From the NCBI GenBank assembly GCA_050008535.1, contig JBEKML010000002.1, forward strand, positions 24,732 through 88,731: a DNA stretch of 64,000 bases, in the 5' to 3' direction. Below are positions 17,467 through 27,887 of the stretch, piece by piece. The notes below the pieces were generated by a model that saw only the letters and a program-made list of their open reading frames with translations, made no database searches and was not told the DNA's origin. Position 1 is the stretch's first letter. Every line of letters starts with the position of its first letter. A program made the translations under genes and the position numbers. The DNA comes from Minisyncoccia bacterium. Its GTDB lineage: Bacteria > Patescibacteriota > Minisyncoccia > UBA6257 > 2-01-FULL-56-20.

Positions 17467-17933
17467 TGAGAAAAAAGCGCGTATATAAAAAGTATCATAA
17501 AGCAGATGCCATGCATGGCCGTGTTGAGCTCGGCCGGTTCATAAATTATGTAATGAAGGACGGGAAAAAGTCCGTGGCCGAACGCGTGGTCTACGGCGCA
17601 CTGGAGAAAGTGAGGGCGGTGACCAAGGAAGACCCGATCGTGGTTTTTGATAAAGCGATTGAAAATGCATCGCCCTTGCTCGAGGTGGCGTCCAAGCGCG
17701 TGGGCGGCGCGAACTACCAGGTACCCCGCGAGGTGCGTCCCGAACGGAGATTTATTTTGGCCGTACGCTGGATCATCGGCGCCGCCCGTTCAAAAAAGGG
17801 AAAACCGATGGCGGAGAAACTCGCAGATGAACTTATCGCCGCCTCAAAGAACGAAGGCGCCGCGATCAAAAAGAAACAGGACACGCACCGGATGGCCGAG
17901 GCGAACCGCGCCTTTGCGCACTTCGCGAGATAA
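17467..17933 (+). CDS. rpsG: 30S ribosomal protein S7
   Basis: MRKKRVYKKYHKADAMHGRVELGRFINYVMKDGKKSVAERVVYGAL... S7 signature; ATG at 17467 (ORF-track start at 17190 is upstream read-through). Confidence 0.9.
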
Positions 17934-17934
17934 G

Positions 17935-18159
17935 ATGTATATCTTTGAGACTTTTTGGGCAATAAGTATCGTTTTTATCGTTGCGGGGACAATTATTTTC
18001 CGCAGGAATCAGCCCGTGGATGGCAAGATAACGTGGGCCAGAGACGCCGGATCATTTTTAATTGCCGCGGGAATAGTGTTGGGCTTTTATACTAGCCTCT
18101 TGTTTCTGCATGAATGTTGGAATGCGTGGGTGGATTTGCGAGCATTTGAATCAAGTTAA
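17935..18159 (+). CDS. small 2-TM membrane protein inserted between rpsG and fusA (hypothetical)
   Basis: 74-aa ORF starting 1 nt after rpsG stop; two hydrophobic helices; A+T-richer codon usage; no homology recognised. Confidence 0.35.
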   Translation: MYIFETFWAISIVFIVAGTIIFRRNQPVDGKITWARDAGSFLIAAGIVLGFYTSLLFLHECWNAWVDLRAFESS

Positions 18160-18173
18160 ATTATCATTAAATC

Positions 18174-20279
18174 ATGCAGAGAGCTTATCCAATTGAAAAA
18201 GTCAGAAATATTGGCATTATAGCGCATATTGACGCCGGAAAAACCACGGTCTCGGAGCGCGTGCTTTTTTACACGGGCGTGAGCCACAAGATCGGCGAGG
18301 TGCATACGGGCGATACGGTGATGGACTGGATGGAGCAGGAGCGCGAGCGTGGCATTACGATCACCTCGGCTGCGACGACCGCGTTCTGGATCCCAACCGA
18401 AAAGAACCACGACAAAAAATTTGAGCATCAGATCAACTTGATCGACACCCCCGGACATATTGACTTCACTGTTGAGGTGAAGCGGTCGCTCCGCGTTCTG
18501 GACGGCGCCGTTGTCGTCTTTGACGGTGTCGCGGGCGTGGAGCCGCAGTCGGAAACGAACTGGCGCTATGCGGACGAATACAACGTGCCGCGCGTCTGCT
18601 TCATCAATAAACTGGATCGCATGGGCGCGAATTTCACGGGCAGCTTCCAGTCGATCCTCGATCGCCTCACAACGCACGCGCTCCCGGTGCAGCTTCCGAT
18701 AGGCTTGGAAGGGGACTTCAAGGGAGTGGTGGACCTTCTGTTGAACAAGGCGTACGCCTTTGAGGGCGAGCACGGCGAAAAGATCGTGGAAATTCCGGTT
18801 CCCGACGACATGAAGGCGGACGTCGCAAAGCACCGCCACGAATTGATTGAGAAAATTGCGGAGAATGACGATCGCGTGATGGCGGCATATTTGGAGGGGA
18901 AGGAGATCGGCATCGACGATCTGCGGAAGACACTCCGCAAAGCGGTCATCGCGAACAAGATCGTGCCGGTCCTTTGCGGGTCGGCGCTCAAGAACAAGGG
19001 CGTGCAGTTCGTCCTTGATGCGGTTGTCGAATATTTGCCTGCGCCGACGGACCTCCCCGCGGTCAAAGGGCACGATCTGAAAACAGGAGAGGAGGTGGAG
19101 CGGCACGCGACCGACGATGAACCGTTCACCGCGCTCGCGTTCAAGATCGCAACCGATCCTTATGTGGGCACGCTCACCTTTTTCAGGAATTATTCGGGCG
19201 TTCTGAAGCGCGGCTCGTACGTTTTGAATTCAGTGAAAAATTCGCAGGAGCGCATCGGCCGCGTGGTTCGTATGCATGCGAATGACCGCGAGGAAGTGGA
19301 AGAGGTCTACGCCGGCGAGATCGCGGCGATCGTCGGCCTCAAGAACACGACGACGGGGGATACGCTTTGCGATCCGAACGCGGCGATTATTTTGGAAAAG
19401 ATCACTTTCCCCGAACCCGTGATCGGCATCCGCATCGAACCGAAAACGAAAGCCGACCAGGAAAAAATGGGCACGGCCCTGCACCGCCTGGCCGAAGAGG
19501 ACCCGACCTTCCGCGTTGCGGGGGATCCCGATACCGGCGAAACGATTATCTCGGGCATGGGTGAATTACACCTGGAGATCATCGTAGACCGCATGAAGCG
19601 CGAATTCGGCGTTGAGGCGAACGTGGGCCGGCCGCAGGTGGCGTACAAAGAAACCGTGACGGGCGAAGCGGAGGCTGAAGGGAAATACATCCGCCAGTCC
19701 GGCGGCCGCGGTCAGTATGGCCATGTCTGGCTTCGCGTGAAAGCGCTTCCGCGCGGAACCGGTTTTGTATTTTTGGACGAGATCAAGGGAGGCGTGATCC
19801 CGCGCGAGTTTATTCCTGCGACCGAGAAAGGCGTGAAGGAAGCGCTTGATAAGGGTATTCTTGCGCACTATCCCGTGACGGACGTGGAGGTGGCTTTGTA
19901 CGACGGTTCGTTCCACGAGGTGGACTCTTCGGAAGCGGCGTTCAAGATCGCAGGATCTATCGCGTTCCAGGAAGCCGCGAAGCGCGCGAAGCCGGTCATT
20001 TTGGAGCCGATCATGAAATTGCAGATCCTTGTTCCGCCGGATTTTCTGGGCGAGGTGACGGGGCAATTGAATGCCAAACGCGGCCGCATTGAAAACCTCG
20101 GCGACCGGCCGAACCTGAAGGTGATTGATGCGAAAGTGCCTCTTTCTGAAATGTTCGGCTACGCGACCGAGCTCCGCTCCATGTCCCAGGGCCGCGGCAG
20201 TTTCACGATGGAATTTGACCACTACGAGCCGACGCCCGCGAACGTGGCGCAGCTCATCATAGAAGGGAAGAAAAGATAG
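18174..20279 (+). CDS. fusA: elongation factor G
   Basis: [15 protein letters not shown]1 motif, full EF-G domain order. Confidence 0.95.
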   Translation: MQRAYPIEKVRNIGIIAHIDAGKTTVSERVLFYTGVSHKIGEVHTGDTVMDWMEQERERGITITSAATTAFWIPTEKNHDKKFEHQINLIDTPGHIDFTVEVKRSLRVLDGAVVVFDGVAGVEPQSETNWRYADEYNVPRVCFINKLDRMGANFTGSFQSILDRLTTHALPVQLPIGLEGDFKGVVDLLLNKAYAFEGEHGEKIVEIPVPDDMKADVAKHRHELIEKIAENDDRVMAAYLEGKEIGIDDLRKTLRKAVIANKIVPVLCGSALKNKGVQFVLDAVVEYLPAPTDLPAVKGHDLKTGEEVERHATDDEPFTALAFKIATDPYVGTLTFFRNYSGVLKRGSYVLNSVKNSQERIGRVVRMHANDREEVEEVYAGEIAAIVGLKNTTTGDTLCDPNAAIILEKITFPEPVIGIRIEPKTKADQEKMGTALHRLAEEDPTFRVAGDPDTGETIISGMGELHLEIIVDRMKREFGVEANVGRPQVAYKETVTGEAEAEGKYIRQSGGRGQYGHVWLRVKALPRGTGFVFLDEIKGGVIPREFIPATEKGVKEALDKGILAHYPVTDVEVALYDGSFHEVDSSEAAFKIAGSIAFQEAAKRAKPVILEPIMKLQILVPPDFLGEVTGQLNAKRGRIENLGDRPNLKVIDAKVPLSEMFGYATELRSMSQGRGSFTMEFDHYEPTPANVAQLIIEGKKR

Positions 20280-20350
20280 GCTGATACAGTTGCTTTTTTT
20301 CTGAAGAATCCGCATAATGTTTGCGGTTCGTTAAGGTTTTGGAGGACGCA

Positions 20351-21166
20351 ATGAAGCCCTGTTTAGCGTTGTTTTTTGCAATTTTTTTCTTCACGCCGGG
20401 ACTTCTTGCCGAGAAACGACCGGAAGTTCGGAGTGAAGACGGTATTCTTGTTTTCATGAGGGGGATCGCCCTCTCCTACTCTGGCCGCCACGCGGAAGCA
20501 CAGAAGGAATTCGAGGAATACCGCAGGGCGCACCCCGATGACCTTCTGGTTTATCTGCGGATCGGCTACGACCGCTTTCTCGGTAGGCGCTCCGAGGATA
20601 TTTCCCGCGACGAATACCGACGGCTTGTGGACTTCATGAACGAGGCCATTGGAAAGTACGAAAAGATTGGTTGTTCGGGCACCGATCTGAAGTCGCTTGC
20701 CGGCAGCACGCTCGATTGTCCCTACATCGGCGCGGCGCTCTACTCGCTCCGGATGACGCTTGTGGGTAAGAGCGATTCGTGGCGGAAGGTCGGGAAGGAC
20801 AGGGACAGGTTCCTACAGTGCGCGAAACAATCCAGATCGCACCAGGCCTTGTTCCTTCTCGGCGTCTATGAGTACGAGCCGAGCCGGCAGGTATGGCCCA
20901 TCCGGTTTGCGCTTCAGAGGTTTGCCCACGTGCCGACGGACCACGCGCACGCAGTCGCAACGATCTTCCGGTCACTTGAAGGGGAGCCGAGCCCCTTCGC
21001 AGACGACATTTGGTTTTTCGTCTTCGATGCCGAATGCGCCTGCGATGGGATGAGTGGGAAGGCCGACAATGCCTTTGTGGAGAAGTATCCTCTAAAGCAG
21101 GTGTTCGAGTACCTCCACGCGAGATACCCAGGAAACAACAAACTGAAACAGTTCAGAAATAAGTAG
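20351..21166 (+). CDS. secreted hypothetical protein inserted between fusA and tuf
   Basis: GGAGG SD 6 nt upstream of ATG 20351; MKPCLALFFAIFFFTPGLLA signal peptide; own terminator downstream. Confidence 0.55.
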   Translation: MKPCLALFFAIFFFTPGLLAEKRPEVRSEDGILVFMRGIALSYSGRHAEAQKEFEEYRRAHPDDLLVYLRIGYDRFLGRRSEDISRDEYRRLVDFMNEAIGKYEKIGCSGTDLKSLAGSTLDCPYIGAALYSLRMTLVGKSDSWRKVGKDRDRFLQCAKQSRSHQALFLLGVYEYEPSRQVWPIRFALQRFAHVPTDHAHAVATIFRSLEGEPSPFADDIWFFVFDAECACDGMSGKADNAFVEKYPLKQVFEYLHARYPGNNKLKQFRNK

Positions 21167-21167
21167 C

Positions 21168-21208
21168 CCGCCGAAGGAGAGATCTCCTTCGGCGGCGCTT
21201 TCTTTTCC
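21168..21208 (+). terminator. rho-independent terminator (ccgccgaaggaga/tctccttcggcgg + T-rich tail)
   Basis: 13-bp stem immediately after stop of 20351..21166 followed by cgctttcttttcc. Confidence 0.65.
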
Positions 21209-21212
21209 CCAT

Positions 21213-21242
21213 TTGACAAAAACGGCGAAATTGCCCTACAAT
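21213..21242 (+). promoter_or_regulatory. sigma70-like promoter TTGACA-N18-TACAAT for tuf-rpsJ
   Basis: Consensus hexamers between terminator and tuf. Confidence 0.5.
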
Positions 21243-21370
21243 AGCATGGTACGCATCCCTGACCAAGGGTAAAAAACAGGTCGATTGGTTAAGGTTTTCC
21301 ACAGCTTTACAAGCTGTTTTTATTGGAAGGGGAGGCACAATACAAATAAAAATAAAATAAATAAAAACAA

Positions 21371-22570
21371 ATGGCAGAAAAAGAAAAATTTGACCGGTCC
21401 AAGCCGCACGTCAACGTCGGCACGATCGGGCACGTGGATCACGGAAAGACGACCTTGACCGCCGCGATCACACACATTTTGTTCAAAAAGGGTTTGGCGA
21501 AGAAAGAAGAGGGCGTTGATCAGATCGACAACGCGCCGGAAGAGAAAGCGCGCGGCATTACGATCGCGCTGCACCACTCGGAATATTCTTCCGAGAAGCG
21601 CCACTATGCGCACATTGACGCGCCGGGGCATGCGGACTACATCAAAAATATGATCACGGGTGCCGCCCAGATGGACGGTGCGATCCTCGTGGTCGCCGCG
21701 ACCGACGGCCCGATGCCGCAGACGCGGGAGCACATTCTTTTGGCATACCAGGTGGGTGTGCCGAAGATCGTTGTATTCTTGAACAAGTGCGACCAGGTGG
21801 ACGATCCGGAGCTCATTGACCTCGTGGAATCCGAAGTGCGCGAGCTTTTGAAGAAGTATCACTTTGACGGTGATAACGCCCCCGTGATCCGCGGTTCGGC
21901 GCTGAAAGCATTGAACGTGACTTCCGTCGACGATCCCGATGCAAAGCCGATACTGGACCTCGTGAAGGCGTTGGACGACTATATTCCTACGCCGGTCCGC
22001 GAAGTCGACAAGCCGTTCCTTATGCCGATCGAAGACATCTTCTCGATCGAGGGCCGCGGCACGGTCGTGACCGGCCGCGTGGAGCGTGGAAAGGTGAAAG
22101 TGAACGAAGAAGTGGAGATCGTTGGATTGAAACCGACGACAAAGACGGTCGTTACGGGCATTGAAATGTTCAACAAGCTTTTGGACGAAGGCATTGCGGG
22201 CGACAATATCGGCGCCCTGCTCCGTGGCTTGAAGAAAGAAGACGTGGAGCGCGGCCAGGTGATCGCAAAGCCCGGCACGGTGACGCCCCACTCCGAATTT
22301 TCCGCCGAGGTGTACGTGCTTTCCAAAGAGGAAGGCGGACGCCACTCGCCGTTCTTTACCGGTTACAAGCCGCAGTTCTATATCCGCACGACCGACGTGA
22401 CGGGCGAAGTGACCTTGCCCACGGGAACCGAAATGGTGATGCCTGGCGACACCGTGACGATCACCGTGAAGCTTATCTCACCGGTTGCGCTTGAGGACAA
22501 ACAGCGCTTTGCCATCCGCGAGGGCGGCAAGACCGTTGGTGCGGGTGCGGTTACGAAGATCGTAAAATAA
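21371..22570 (+). CDS. tuf: elongation factor Tu
   Basis: [44 protein letters not shown] motifs. Confidence 0.97.
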   Translation: MAEKEKFDRSKPHVNVGTIGHVDHGKTTLTAAITHILFKKGLAKKEEGVDQIDNAPEEKARGITIALHHSEYSSEKRHYAHIDAPGHADYIKNMITGAAQMDGAILVVAATDGPMPQTREHILLAYQVGVPKIVVFLNKCDQVDDPELIDLVESEVRELLKKYHFDGDNAPVIRGSALKALNVTSVDDPDAKPILDLVKALDDYIPTPVREVDKPFLMPIEDIFSIEGRGTVVTGRVERGKVKVNEEVEIVGLKPTTKTVVTGIEMFNKLLDEGIAGDNIGALLRGLKKEDVERGQVIAKPGTVTPHSEFSAEVYVLSKEEGGRHSPFFTGYKPQFYIRTTDVTGEVTLPTGTEMVMPGDTVTITVKLISPVALEDKQRFAIREGGKTVGAGAVTKIVK

Positions 22571-22572
22571 TC

Positions 22573-22902
22573 ATGGCAAAAAAGGAATCGGAAACACCGC
22601 AAAAAGTCCGGTTGAGGATAAAGTCCTACGACCACAAGTTGATTGATAATTCGGCACGCCAGATCATTGAGGCGGCCGAGCGGAACGATGCGAAGGTGGT
22701 CGGTCCGATTCCCTTGCCGACGGAGATCAAACACTACACCGTGAACCGTTCCACGTTCGTCCATAAGGACTCGCGCGAACAGTTCGAACTCCGGGTGCAC
22801 AAGCGCCTAGTGGAGATCCTGAACCCCAGCCAGAAGATTATTGAATCGCTTTCTAATCTGAATCTTCCGGCAGGCGTGGATGTGGAAGTGAAAATGGTAT
22901 AG
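22573..22902 (+). CDS. rpsJ: 30S ribosomal protein S10
   Basis: [71 protein letters not shown]. Confidence 0.92.
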   Translation: MAKKESETPQKVRLRIKSYDHKLIDNSARQIIEAAERNDAKVVGPIPLPTEIKHYTVNRSTFVHKDSREQFELRVHKRLVEILNPSQKIIESLSNLNLPAGVDVEVKMV

Positions 22903-22924
22903 AAGCGGTCTGAAAGAAATTGCA

Positions 22925-22950
22925 AAAACCGCCCGCAAGGGCGGTTTTTG
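22925..22950 (+). terminator. rho-independent terminator after rpsJ (aaaaaccgcccgcaagggcggttttt)
   Basis: Perfect 7-bp GC stem + T5, bidirectional A/T flanks. Confidence 0.75.
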
Positions 22951-22958
22951 ATTTGGCC

Positions 22959-22986
22959 TTGACGCTTCGCCCCGTTTTGCTATACT
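22959..22986 (+). promoter_or_regulatory. sigma70-like promoter TTGACG-N16-TATACT for rplC operon
   Basis: Hexamers at 22959-22964 and 22981-22986. Confidence 0.5.
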
Positions 22987-23152
22987 CTCCTCAAGGTTTC
23001 CTCGGACGTTTTATGCCAATATTTACCTATCTCGGAAGACGAATTTCGTTATTTCTGAGCGATCCCGTGTAAAACACGGGTTCATGGGTTAGATTGCGTA
23101 AGGGTCCGGGGGCAGCCCGGATTTTTTAATCCGCAAGACATTATTCAAAGCG
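22987..23152 (+). promoter_or_regulatory. structured 5' leader of rplC operon with terminator-like hairpin (gggtccgggggcagcccgga + T6): candidate L4-type attenuator
   Basis: ~165-nt untranslated leader with hairpins cccgtgtaaaacacggg and tccgggggcagcccgga followed by TTTTTT 25 nt before rplC ATG. Confidence 0.35.
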
Positions 23153-23710
23153 ATGTCCTTCATTCTTGGAAAAAAAGTGAAAATGACGCAGATCTGGAAG
23201 GATGGGAAAGTGGTCCCCGTGACCGTGGTTCGCGCGGAAGCGAATGCGGTGACGACCATTCGGACCAAAGAGAAGGACGGATACGAAGCCGTCCAGGTTT
23301 CGCTTGGGAAGACAAAGCACGAATTCCGCAATCGCGCGGCGCATCCGATTGAAATGGGGAAGTTCAAAGCAGGGGATGCGGTGACCGTCGATGCGTTCAA
23401 AGAGGGCGAGAAAGTTTTGGTGAGCGGGATCACGAAGGGCCGCGGATTCCAGGGCGTTGTGAAACGGCACGGCTTCAGCGGGGGGCCGAAGACGCACGGC
23501 CAAAAGAACCGTTTCCGCGCGCCGGGGTCCATCGGTTCCACCGCGTTTCAGCGTGTGGTGCCCGGCCGCCGCATGGCGGGGCATATGGGTACGGACCGCG
23601 TGACGATAAAGAATTTGGTCGTTGCCGAGATTGATAAGGAAAAAAATCTGATCTTTTTGCGCGGCGCGGTGCCGGGCGCGCGCGGCGGCCTGCTCGAGAT
23701 CAGAAAATAA
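23153..23710 (+). CDS. rplC: 50S ribosomal protein L3
   Basis: L3 signature (KVKMTQIWKDGKVVPVTVV...GITKGRGFQGVVKRHGF). Confidence 0.92.
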   Translation: MSFILGKKVKMTQIWKDGKVVPVTVVRAEANAVTTIRTKEKDGYEAVQVSLGKTKHEFRNRAAHPIEMGKFKAGDAVTVDAFKEGEKVLVSGITKGRGFQGVVKRHGFSGGPKTHGQKNRFRAPGSIGSTAFQRVVPGRRMAGHMGTDRVTIKNLVVAEIDKEKNLIFLRGAVPGARGGLLEIRK

Positions 23711-23714
23711 GAAA

Positions 23715-24359
23715 ATGAACGCCGACGTCTACAATTTGAAGAACGAAAAAGTGGGGACGGTGGAATTGCCGGAGAGCGTTTTCGGCGCGCGCTGGAACCC
23801 GGTTTTGATAAAACAGGTTTTGGAGGCGCAACAGGCGAATGCGCGCGACCCGTGGGCGCACGCGAAGGATCGCAGCGAAGTGCGTGGCGGCGGCAGAAAG
23901 CCGTGGCGCCAGAAGGGGACCGGCCGCGCGCGGCACGGTTCCATCCGGTCACCCTTGTGGGTGGGCGGCGGTAAGGCGCACGGACCGCGCAAGGAACGCG
24001 ATTATTCCCAAAAAGTGAACAAGAAAATGAAACACTCGGCGCTTTTCTCCGCGCTTTCGCGGAAGATGAAAGACGGCGAGGTGAAGGTATTTGAAAATTT
24101 TGCGCTTTCGGCCCCAAAGACGAAAATACTGGCATCGGTGCTCGCCGCGCTTTTGAATATGAAGAAGACCGCGAAACGGTACGACGTGCTGCTTGTGGAA
24201 AACGCAGCGAACAAGAACTTGTTCCGCGCTTCCTCCAATTTGCAGAAAGCAAAGGCGGTTGACGCCGCATCGCTCAATGTTCTGGATGTGTTGAATTACA
24301 AAAACCTTTTCCTTGATAAAGAAGCGATTGCCCTGATCGAGAAACATTACAAAGGATAA
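23715..24359 (+). CDS. rplD: 50S ribosomal protein L4
   Basis: L4 signature (RGGGRKPWRQKGTGRARHGSIRSPLWVGGGKAHGP). Confidence 0.92.
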   Translation: MNADVYNLKNEKVGTVELPESVFGARWNPVLIKQVLEAQQANARDPWAHAKDRSEVRGGGRKPWRQKGTGRARHGSIRSPLWVGGGKAHGPRKERDYSQKVNKKMKHSALFSALSRKMKDGEVKVFENFALSAPKTKILASVLAALLNMKKTAKRYDVLLVENAANKNLFRASSNLQKAKAVDAASLNVLDVLNYKNLFLDKEAIALIEKHYKG

Positions 24360-24363
24360 AATC

Positions 24364-24642
24364 ATGACCAGCGTCTTTCTTATTAAAAAACCCTGGGTGA
24401 CGGAAAAATCCACCGAACTCTCCGCGCTCGGTAAGTATGTTTTCATTGTGGAGCCCGGAGCGACAAAGCAAGAGATCAAAAAGGCGGTGAAGGCGGTCTA
24501 TAAAGTGGATGCGGTCGCCGTGAATGTCGTGAATCGTCCGGCAAAACGGAAGCGGTTCGGCGCAAACATCAAGGGAGCGCAGAAGGGATACCGGAAAGCG
24601 ATCGTCACCCTGAAGGCCGGCCAAAAAATAGACATCCAATAA
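24364..24642 (+). CDS. rplW: 50S ribosomal protein L23
   Basis: L23 signature (KPWVTEKSTELSALGKYVFIVEPGATKQEIKKAVKAVYKVDAVAVNVVN). Confidence 0.9.
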   Translation: MTSVFLIKKPWVTEKSTELSALGKYVFIVEPGATKQEIKKAVKAVYKVDAVAVNVVNRPAKRKRFGANIKGAQKGYRKAIVTLKAGQKIDIQ

Positions 24643-24643
24643 T

Positions 24644-25468
24644 ATGAAGATATATAAACCAACCACGCCATCGCGGCGCAGTATGACGGGCTCCGATTAT
24701 CGGGGGCTCTCCGGCGTGCGCCCGTGGAAGCCGCTCCTTACACAATTAAAATCCAATGCCGGCCGCAACTCGCAGGGCCGCATCACCGTGCGCCACCAGG
24801 GCGGCGGGAACAAGAAACGGTACCGCATGATTGATTTCAAACAGGATCGTTTGGGCGTAAAGGCGCTTGTGGAGACCCTGGAATACGATCCGTACCGCAC
24901 GGCGTTCATTGCGCGCGTGAAATATGCGGATGGGAACCGCGCCTATGTTTTGGCGCCGGAAGGCATGAAGGTAGGCACGGAGATCATGACGGCGGAATCG
25001 GCGCCGCTCGCGATCGGCAATCGCATGAAATTAAAGAACATTCCGGTTGGCTACCAGGTGCACAATATAGAGCTTTCTCCCGGCCGCGGCGGACAGCTCG
25101 CGCGCTCGGCGGGTTCGTATGCGGAAGTGCTTGCGAATGCCGATGGCTACACCGATCTGAAGCTTTCTTCGGGCGAAGTGCGGCGCGTGCTTTGGAATGG
25201 GCTTGCAACCATTGGCCAGCTCTCGAACGCCGAATGGAACCTGGTTTCGATCGGGAAAGCAGGCCGCTCGCGGTGGCTTGGCATCCGGCCGACCGTCCGC
25301 GGCAAGGCAATGAATCCGGTGGATCACCCGTACGGCGGCGGCGAAGGTAGCCAGCCGCGCGGCACGAGAAAGCCGAAGACCCTGTGGGGGAAGATAACCG
25401 GCGGCCACAAGACCCGCAATCGAAAGAAACGGTCGAGTAAATTCATTCTCCAGCGGAGGAAGAAATAA
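24644..25468 (+). CDS. rplB: 50S ribosomal protein L2
   Basis: L2 signature (GRNSQGRITVRHQGGGNKKRYRMIDF...VDHPYGGGEG). Confidence 0.95.
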   Translation: MKIYKPTTPSRRSMTGSDYRGLSGVRPWKPLLTQLKSNAGRNSQGRITVRHQGGGNKKRYRMIDFKQDRLGVKALVETLEYDPYRTAFIARVKYADGNRAYVLAPEGMKVGTEIMTAESAPLAIGNRMKLKNIPVGYQVHNIELSPGRGGQLARSAGSYAEVLANADGYTDLKLSSGEVRRVLWNGLATIGQLSNAEWNLVSIGKAGRSRWLGIRPTVRGKAMNPVDHPYGGGEGSQPRGTRKPKTLWGKITGGHKTRNRKKRSSKFILQRRKK

Positions 25469-25480
25469 ATCATTACTCTT

Positions 25481-25819
25481 ATGTCACGCTCCCTCAAAAA
25501 AGGCCCTTACGTTGACGCACGGCTTTTGAAGAAAATTGCAAAAATAAAACCGGAGAGCGCGTCGGTCATAAAGACCTGGTCGCGGGCTTCGGAGATAGCG
25601 CCAGAAATGGTAGGCTATACGTTCGGCGTGCACAACGGAAAGATCTTCATTGAAGTGAAGATCGCCGAAGAAATGGTAGGGCACCGTTTGGGCGAATTTT
25701 CGCCGACGCGAAAGTTCACGAGGCACGGCGGCAAGATACAGAAGGAATTGGAGATCAAAGCCGCAGAAACGCAGAAAGCCCAGGCCGCTGCGGCAAAGAC
25801 GGAACCGGCAAAAAAATAA
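25481..25819 (+). CDS. rpsS: 30S ribosomal protein S19 (C-terminal Ala/Lys-rich extension)
   Basis: [19 protein letters not shown]...[12 protein letters not shown]...[18 protein letters not shown]. Confidence 0.92.
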   Translation: MSRSLKKGPYVDARLLKKIAKIKPESASVIKTWSRASEIAPEMVGYTFGVHNGKIFIEVKIAEEMVGHRLGEFSPTRKFTRHGGKIQKELEIKAAETQKAQAAAAKTEPAKK

Positions 25820-25822
25820 ACC

Positions 25823-26344
25823 ATGGAACAACAGATCGCAAAATTGAACTATTTGAAGATCGCGCCGCGGAAAGTGCGAAGCGTGGCAGATCTGGTGAAG
25901 GGGCTTTCGGCGAACGATGCCGAAGCGCAACTTTTAGTGCAGCGTCGCCGCCCGGCAAAGCCGCTTTTGAAACTTTTGCGTTCTGCGGTGGCAAACGCCA
26001 AAAGCAACAAGCGGTGGAATCCCGACCATCTTTTCATTGCGGACCTCCGCGTTGACCAGGGGCCGATGATCAAGCGGTTCCTGCCCCGTGCGCGCGGTTC
26101 GGCATCGCCGATCCAGAAAAAAATGAGCAACGTGACGCTGGTCTTGGGCTTGAACGAGAACCTCACGCCGAAATACAAGATCGTCGTACCGAAGAAGGTG
26201 AAATTGCCGCCGGGCAGCGAGAAACCCGCGAAGAACAAGCGGGTGAAGCCGGAAGTAAAACCCAAAGAAGAGACCAGCGAAAAAAAGAAAGGCGGCGGAT
26301 TCTTCAAGCGGATGTTCAATCCAAAATCAAGAGCATCTAAATAA
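25823..26344 (+). CDS. rplV: 50S ribosomal protein L22 (long Lys-rich C-terminal extension)
   Basis: L22 core (LKIAPRKVRSVADLVKGLSANDAEAQL) plus ~60-aa basic tail. Confidence 0.88.
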   Translation: MEQQIAKLNYLKIAPRKVRSVADLVKGLSANDAEAQLLVQRRRPAKPLLKLLRSAVANAKSNKRWNPDHLFIADLRVDQGPMIKRFLPRARGSASPIQKKMSNVTLVLGLNENLTPKYKIVVPKKVKLPPGSEKPAKNKRVKPEVKPKEETSEKKKGGGFFKRMFNPKSRASK

Positions 26345-26346
26345 CC

Positions 26347-27027
26347 ATGGGACAGAAAATACATCCAATTTCATTTCGGTTGGGGATCACGAAGAACTGG
26401 CCAGTGCGCTGGTTCATTAAGGGCAGCTATGCAAAATATCTGGAGGAGGACGAAGCGATCCGGAAAGTGATCAAGAAAAAGATCGGTCTCGCGGGCATTT
26501 CCGCGGTGGAGATCGAACGCACGCAGAGCACCCTCCGCGTGTTCGTGAAGGCGGCCCGGCCGGGGCTTGTGATCGGCCGCGGCGGGAAGGGGGTGGAAGA
26601 GCTGAACAAGGCGATCGCCGATGCGATCCGGAAGGTGCGCAAGAACAAAGCGCCAGTGGTGCTTTCGGTGAACGTTGAGGAGTTGAAGCGTTCGGAGATC
26701 TCGGCGCCGTACGTGGCCCAGCAGATCGCCTGGGACCTTGAAAAGCGGATGTCCTTCCGCCGCACCATGAAGAAATATCTTGAACAAGTGGCGCAAAACA
26801 AGGACGCGAAAGGGGTAAAAATATTCTTGGGCGGCCGGTTGGACGGGAACGAGATCGCGCGCCACGAATGGCTCTCGCGCGGTTCGCTGCCGCTCCAGAC
26901 CCTGCGCGCCGACATTGATTACGGGAAAGCGACCGCCTACACTACCTATGGCACGATCGGCATCCGCGTCTGGATCTATAAAGGAGAAATATTCAACAAG
27001 AAAAAACAGGACGAGAGCAACCAATAA
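26347..27027 (+). CDS. rpsC: 30S ribosomal protein S3
   Basis: [25 protein letters not shown] domain, [31 protein letters not shown]. Confidence 0.95.
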   Translation: MGQKIHPISFRLGITKNWPVRWFIKGSYAKYLEEDEAIRKVIKKKIGLAGISAVEIERTQSTLRVFVKAARPGLVIGRGGKGVEELNKAIADAIRKVRKNKAPVVLSVNVEELKRSEISAPYVAQQIAWDLEKRMSFRRTMKKYLEQVAQNKDAKGVKIFLGGRLDGNEIARHEWLSRGSLPLQTLRADIDYGKATAYTTYGTIGIRVWIYKGEIFNKKKQDESNQ

Positions 27028-27029
27028 CC

Positions 27030-27440
27030 ATGCTTATCCCTAAAAAAGTCAAACATCGTAAATGGCAAAAGGGGCGCTCGCGGAGCCGCCAAGTCGAAAC
27101 GCGCGGGCTTGGCCTTGCCTACGGCGAGTACGGTATAAAGGCGCTCGAGGCGACGTGGCTCACGTCGCGCCAGATCGAGGCGGCGCGGAAGGCCATCACG
27201 AACTTCATGAAACGCAGTGGACGGGTGTGGATCCGCGTTTTTCCCGACAAGCCGGTCACGCTCCGGCCGCCCGAGACCACGATGGGCGGCGGCAAGGGGA
27301 GCGTGGACCATTATGTATTCCCCGTGCGTCCGGGCCGCGTACTTTTTGAAGTTGACGGCGTTCCAGAGGAGACCGCGCGGGAAGCGCTCCGTCTTGCCTC
27401 TTTCAAATTGCCGGTCAAGACCAGAGTTATCAAAAAATAA
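27030..27440 (+). CDS. rplP: 50S ribosomal protein L16
   Basis: [19 protein letters not shown]...[19 protein letters not shown]. Confidence 0.93.
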   Translation: MLIPKKVKHRKWQKGRSRSRQVETRGLGLAYGEYGIKALEATWLTSRQIEAARKAITNFMKRSGRVWIRVFPDKPVTLRPPETTMGGGKGSVDHYVFPVRPGRVLFEVDGVPEETAREALRLASFKLPVKTRVIKK

Positions 27441-27442
27441 CC

Positions 27443-27649
27443 ATGAAAAAGAAAGACGTCCAGGAATTAAAACATCGGCCGATCGAAGAACTTGTCCACC
27501 TCATCACGGATGCCAACGAGAAACTGCGGGCGCTCAAATTCGATCTTGCTGCCGGCAAGGTCAAGGACATCACCGAGATCAAGGAGCTCAAGAAAAAAGT
27601 CGCAAGAATAAAAACCTTCATCCATGAACGCGCAAACGAAACAAAATAA
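27443..27649 (+). CDS. rpmC: 50S ribosomal protein L29
   Basis: 68-aa helical protein, [51 protein letters not shown]. Confidence 0.85.
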   Translation: MKKKDVQELKHRPIEELVHLITDANEKLRALKFDLAAGKVKDITEIKELKKKVARIKTFIHERANETK

Positions 27650-27884
27650 AAAACGAAGGATCGCGGGCGTCGTCGTTTCCGACAAGATGCAGAAGACGCG
27701 CGTCGTTGCCGTTGACCGCCTGAAAAAGCATCCGAAGTACCTTAAATATTACCGCGTGACGACGAAATTCAAGGCGCACGACGAGAACAACGAATATAAA
27801 AAAGGCGACAAGGTGGTGATCGAAGAAACGAGGCCGCTCTCGCGGGAGAAGCGGTGGAAGATCGTCGGAAAAGTTTCAAAATAA
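27624..27884 (+). CDS. rpsQ: 30S ribosomal protein S17
   Basis: [71 protein letters not shown]; overlaps rpmC by 26 nt. Confidence 0.9.
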   Translation: MNAQTKQNKKRRIAGVVVSDKMQKTRVVAVDRLKKHPKYLKYYRVTTKFKAHDENNEYKKGDKVVIEETRPLSREKRWKIVGKVSK

Positions 27885-27887
27885 CCC

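Noticed and set aside
18156-19106. 316-aa minus-strand ORF antisense to fusA (similar antisense ORFs at 21320-22345 over tuf, 31842-32735 over secY, 49191-50162 over prfB, 51283-52236 over ftsX, 54334-54990 over atpB, 56737-57603 over atpA)
   Set aside because: All overlap highly conserved genes on the opposite strand and have biased R/H/P-rich composition; chance open frames in GC-rich sequence.
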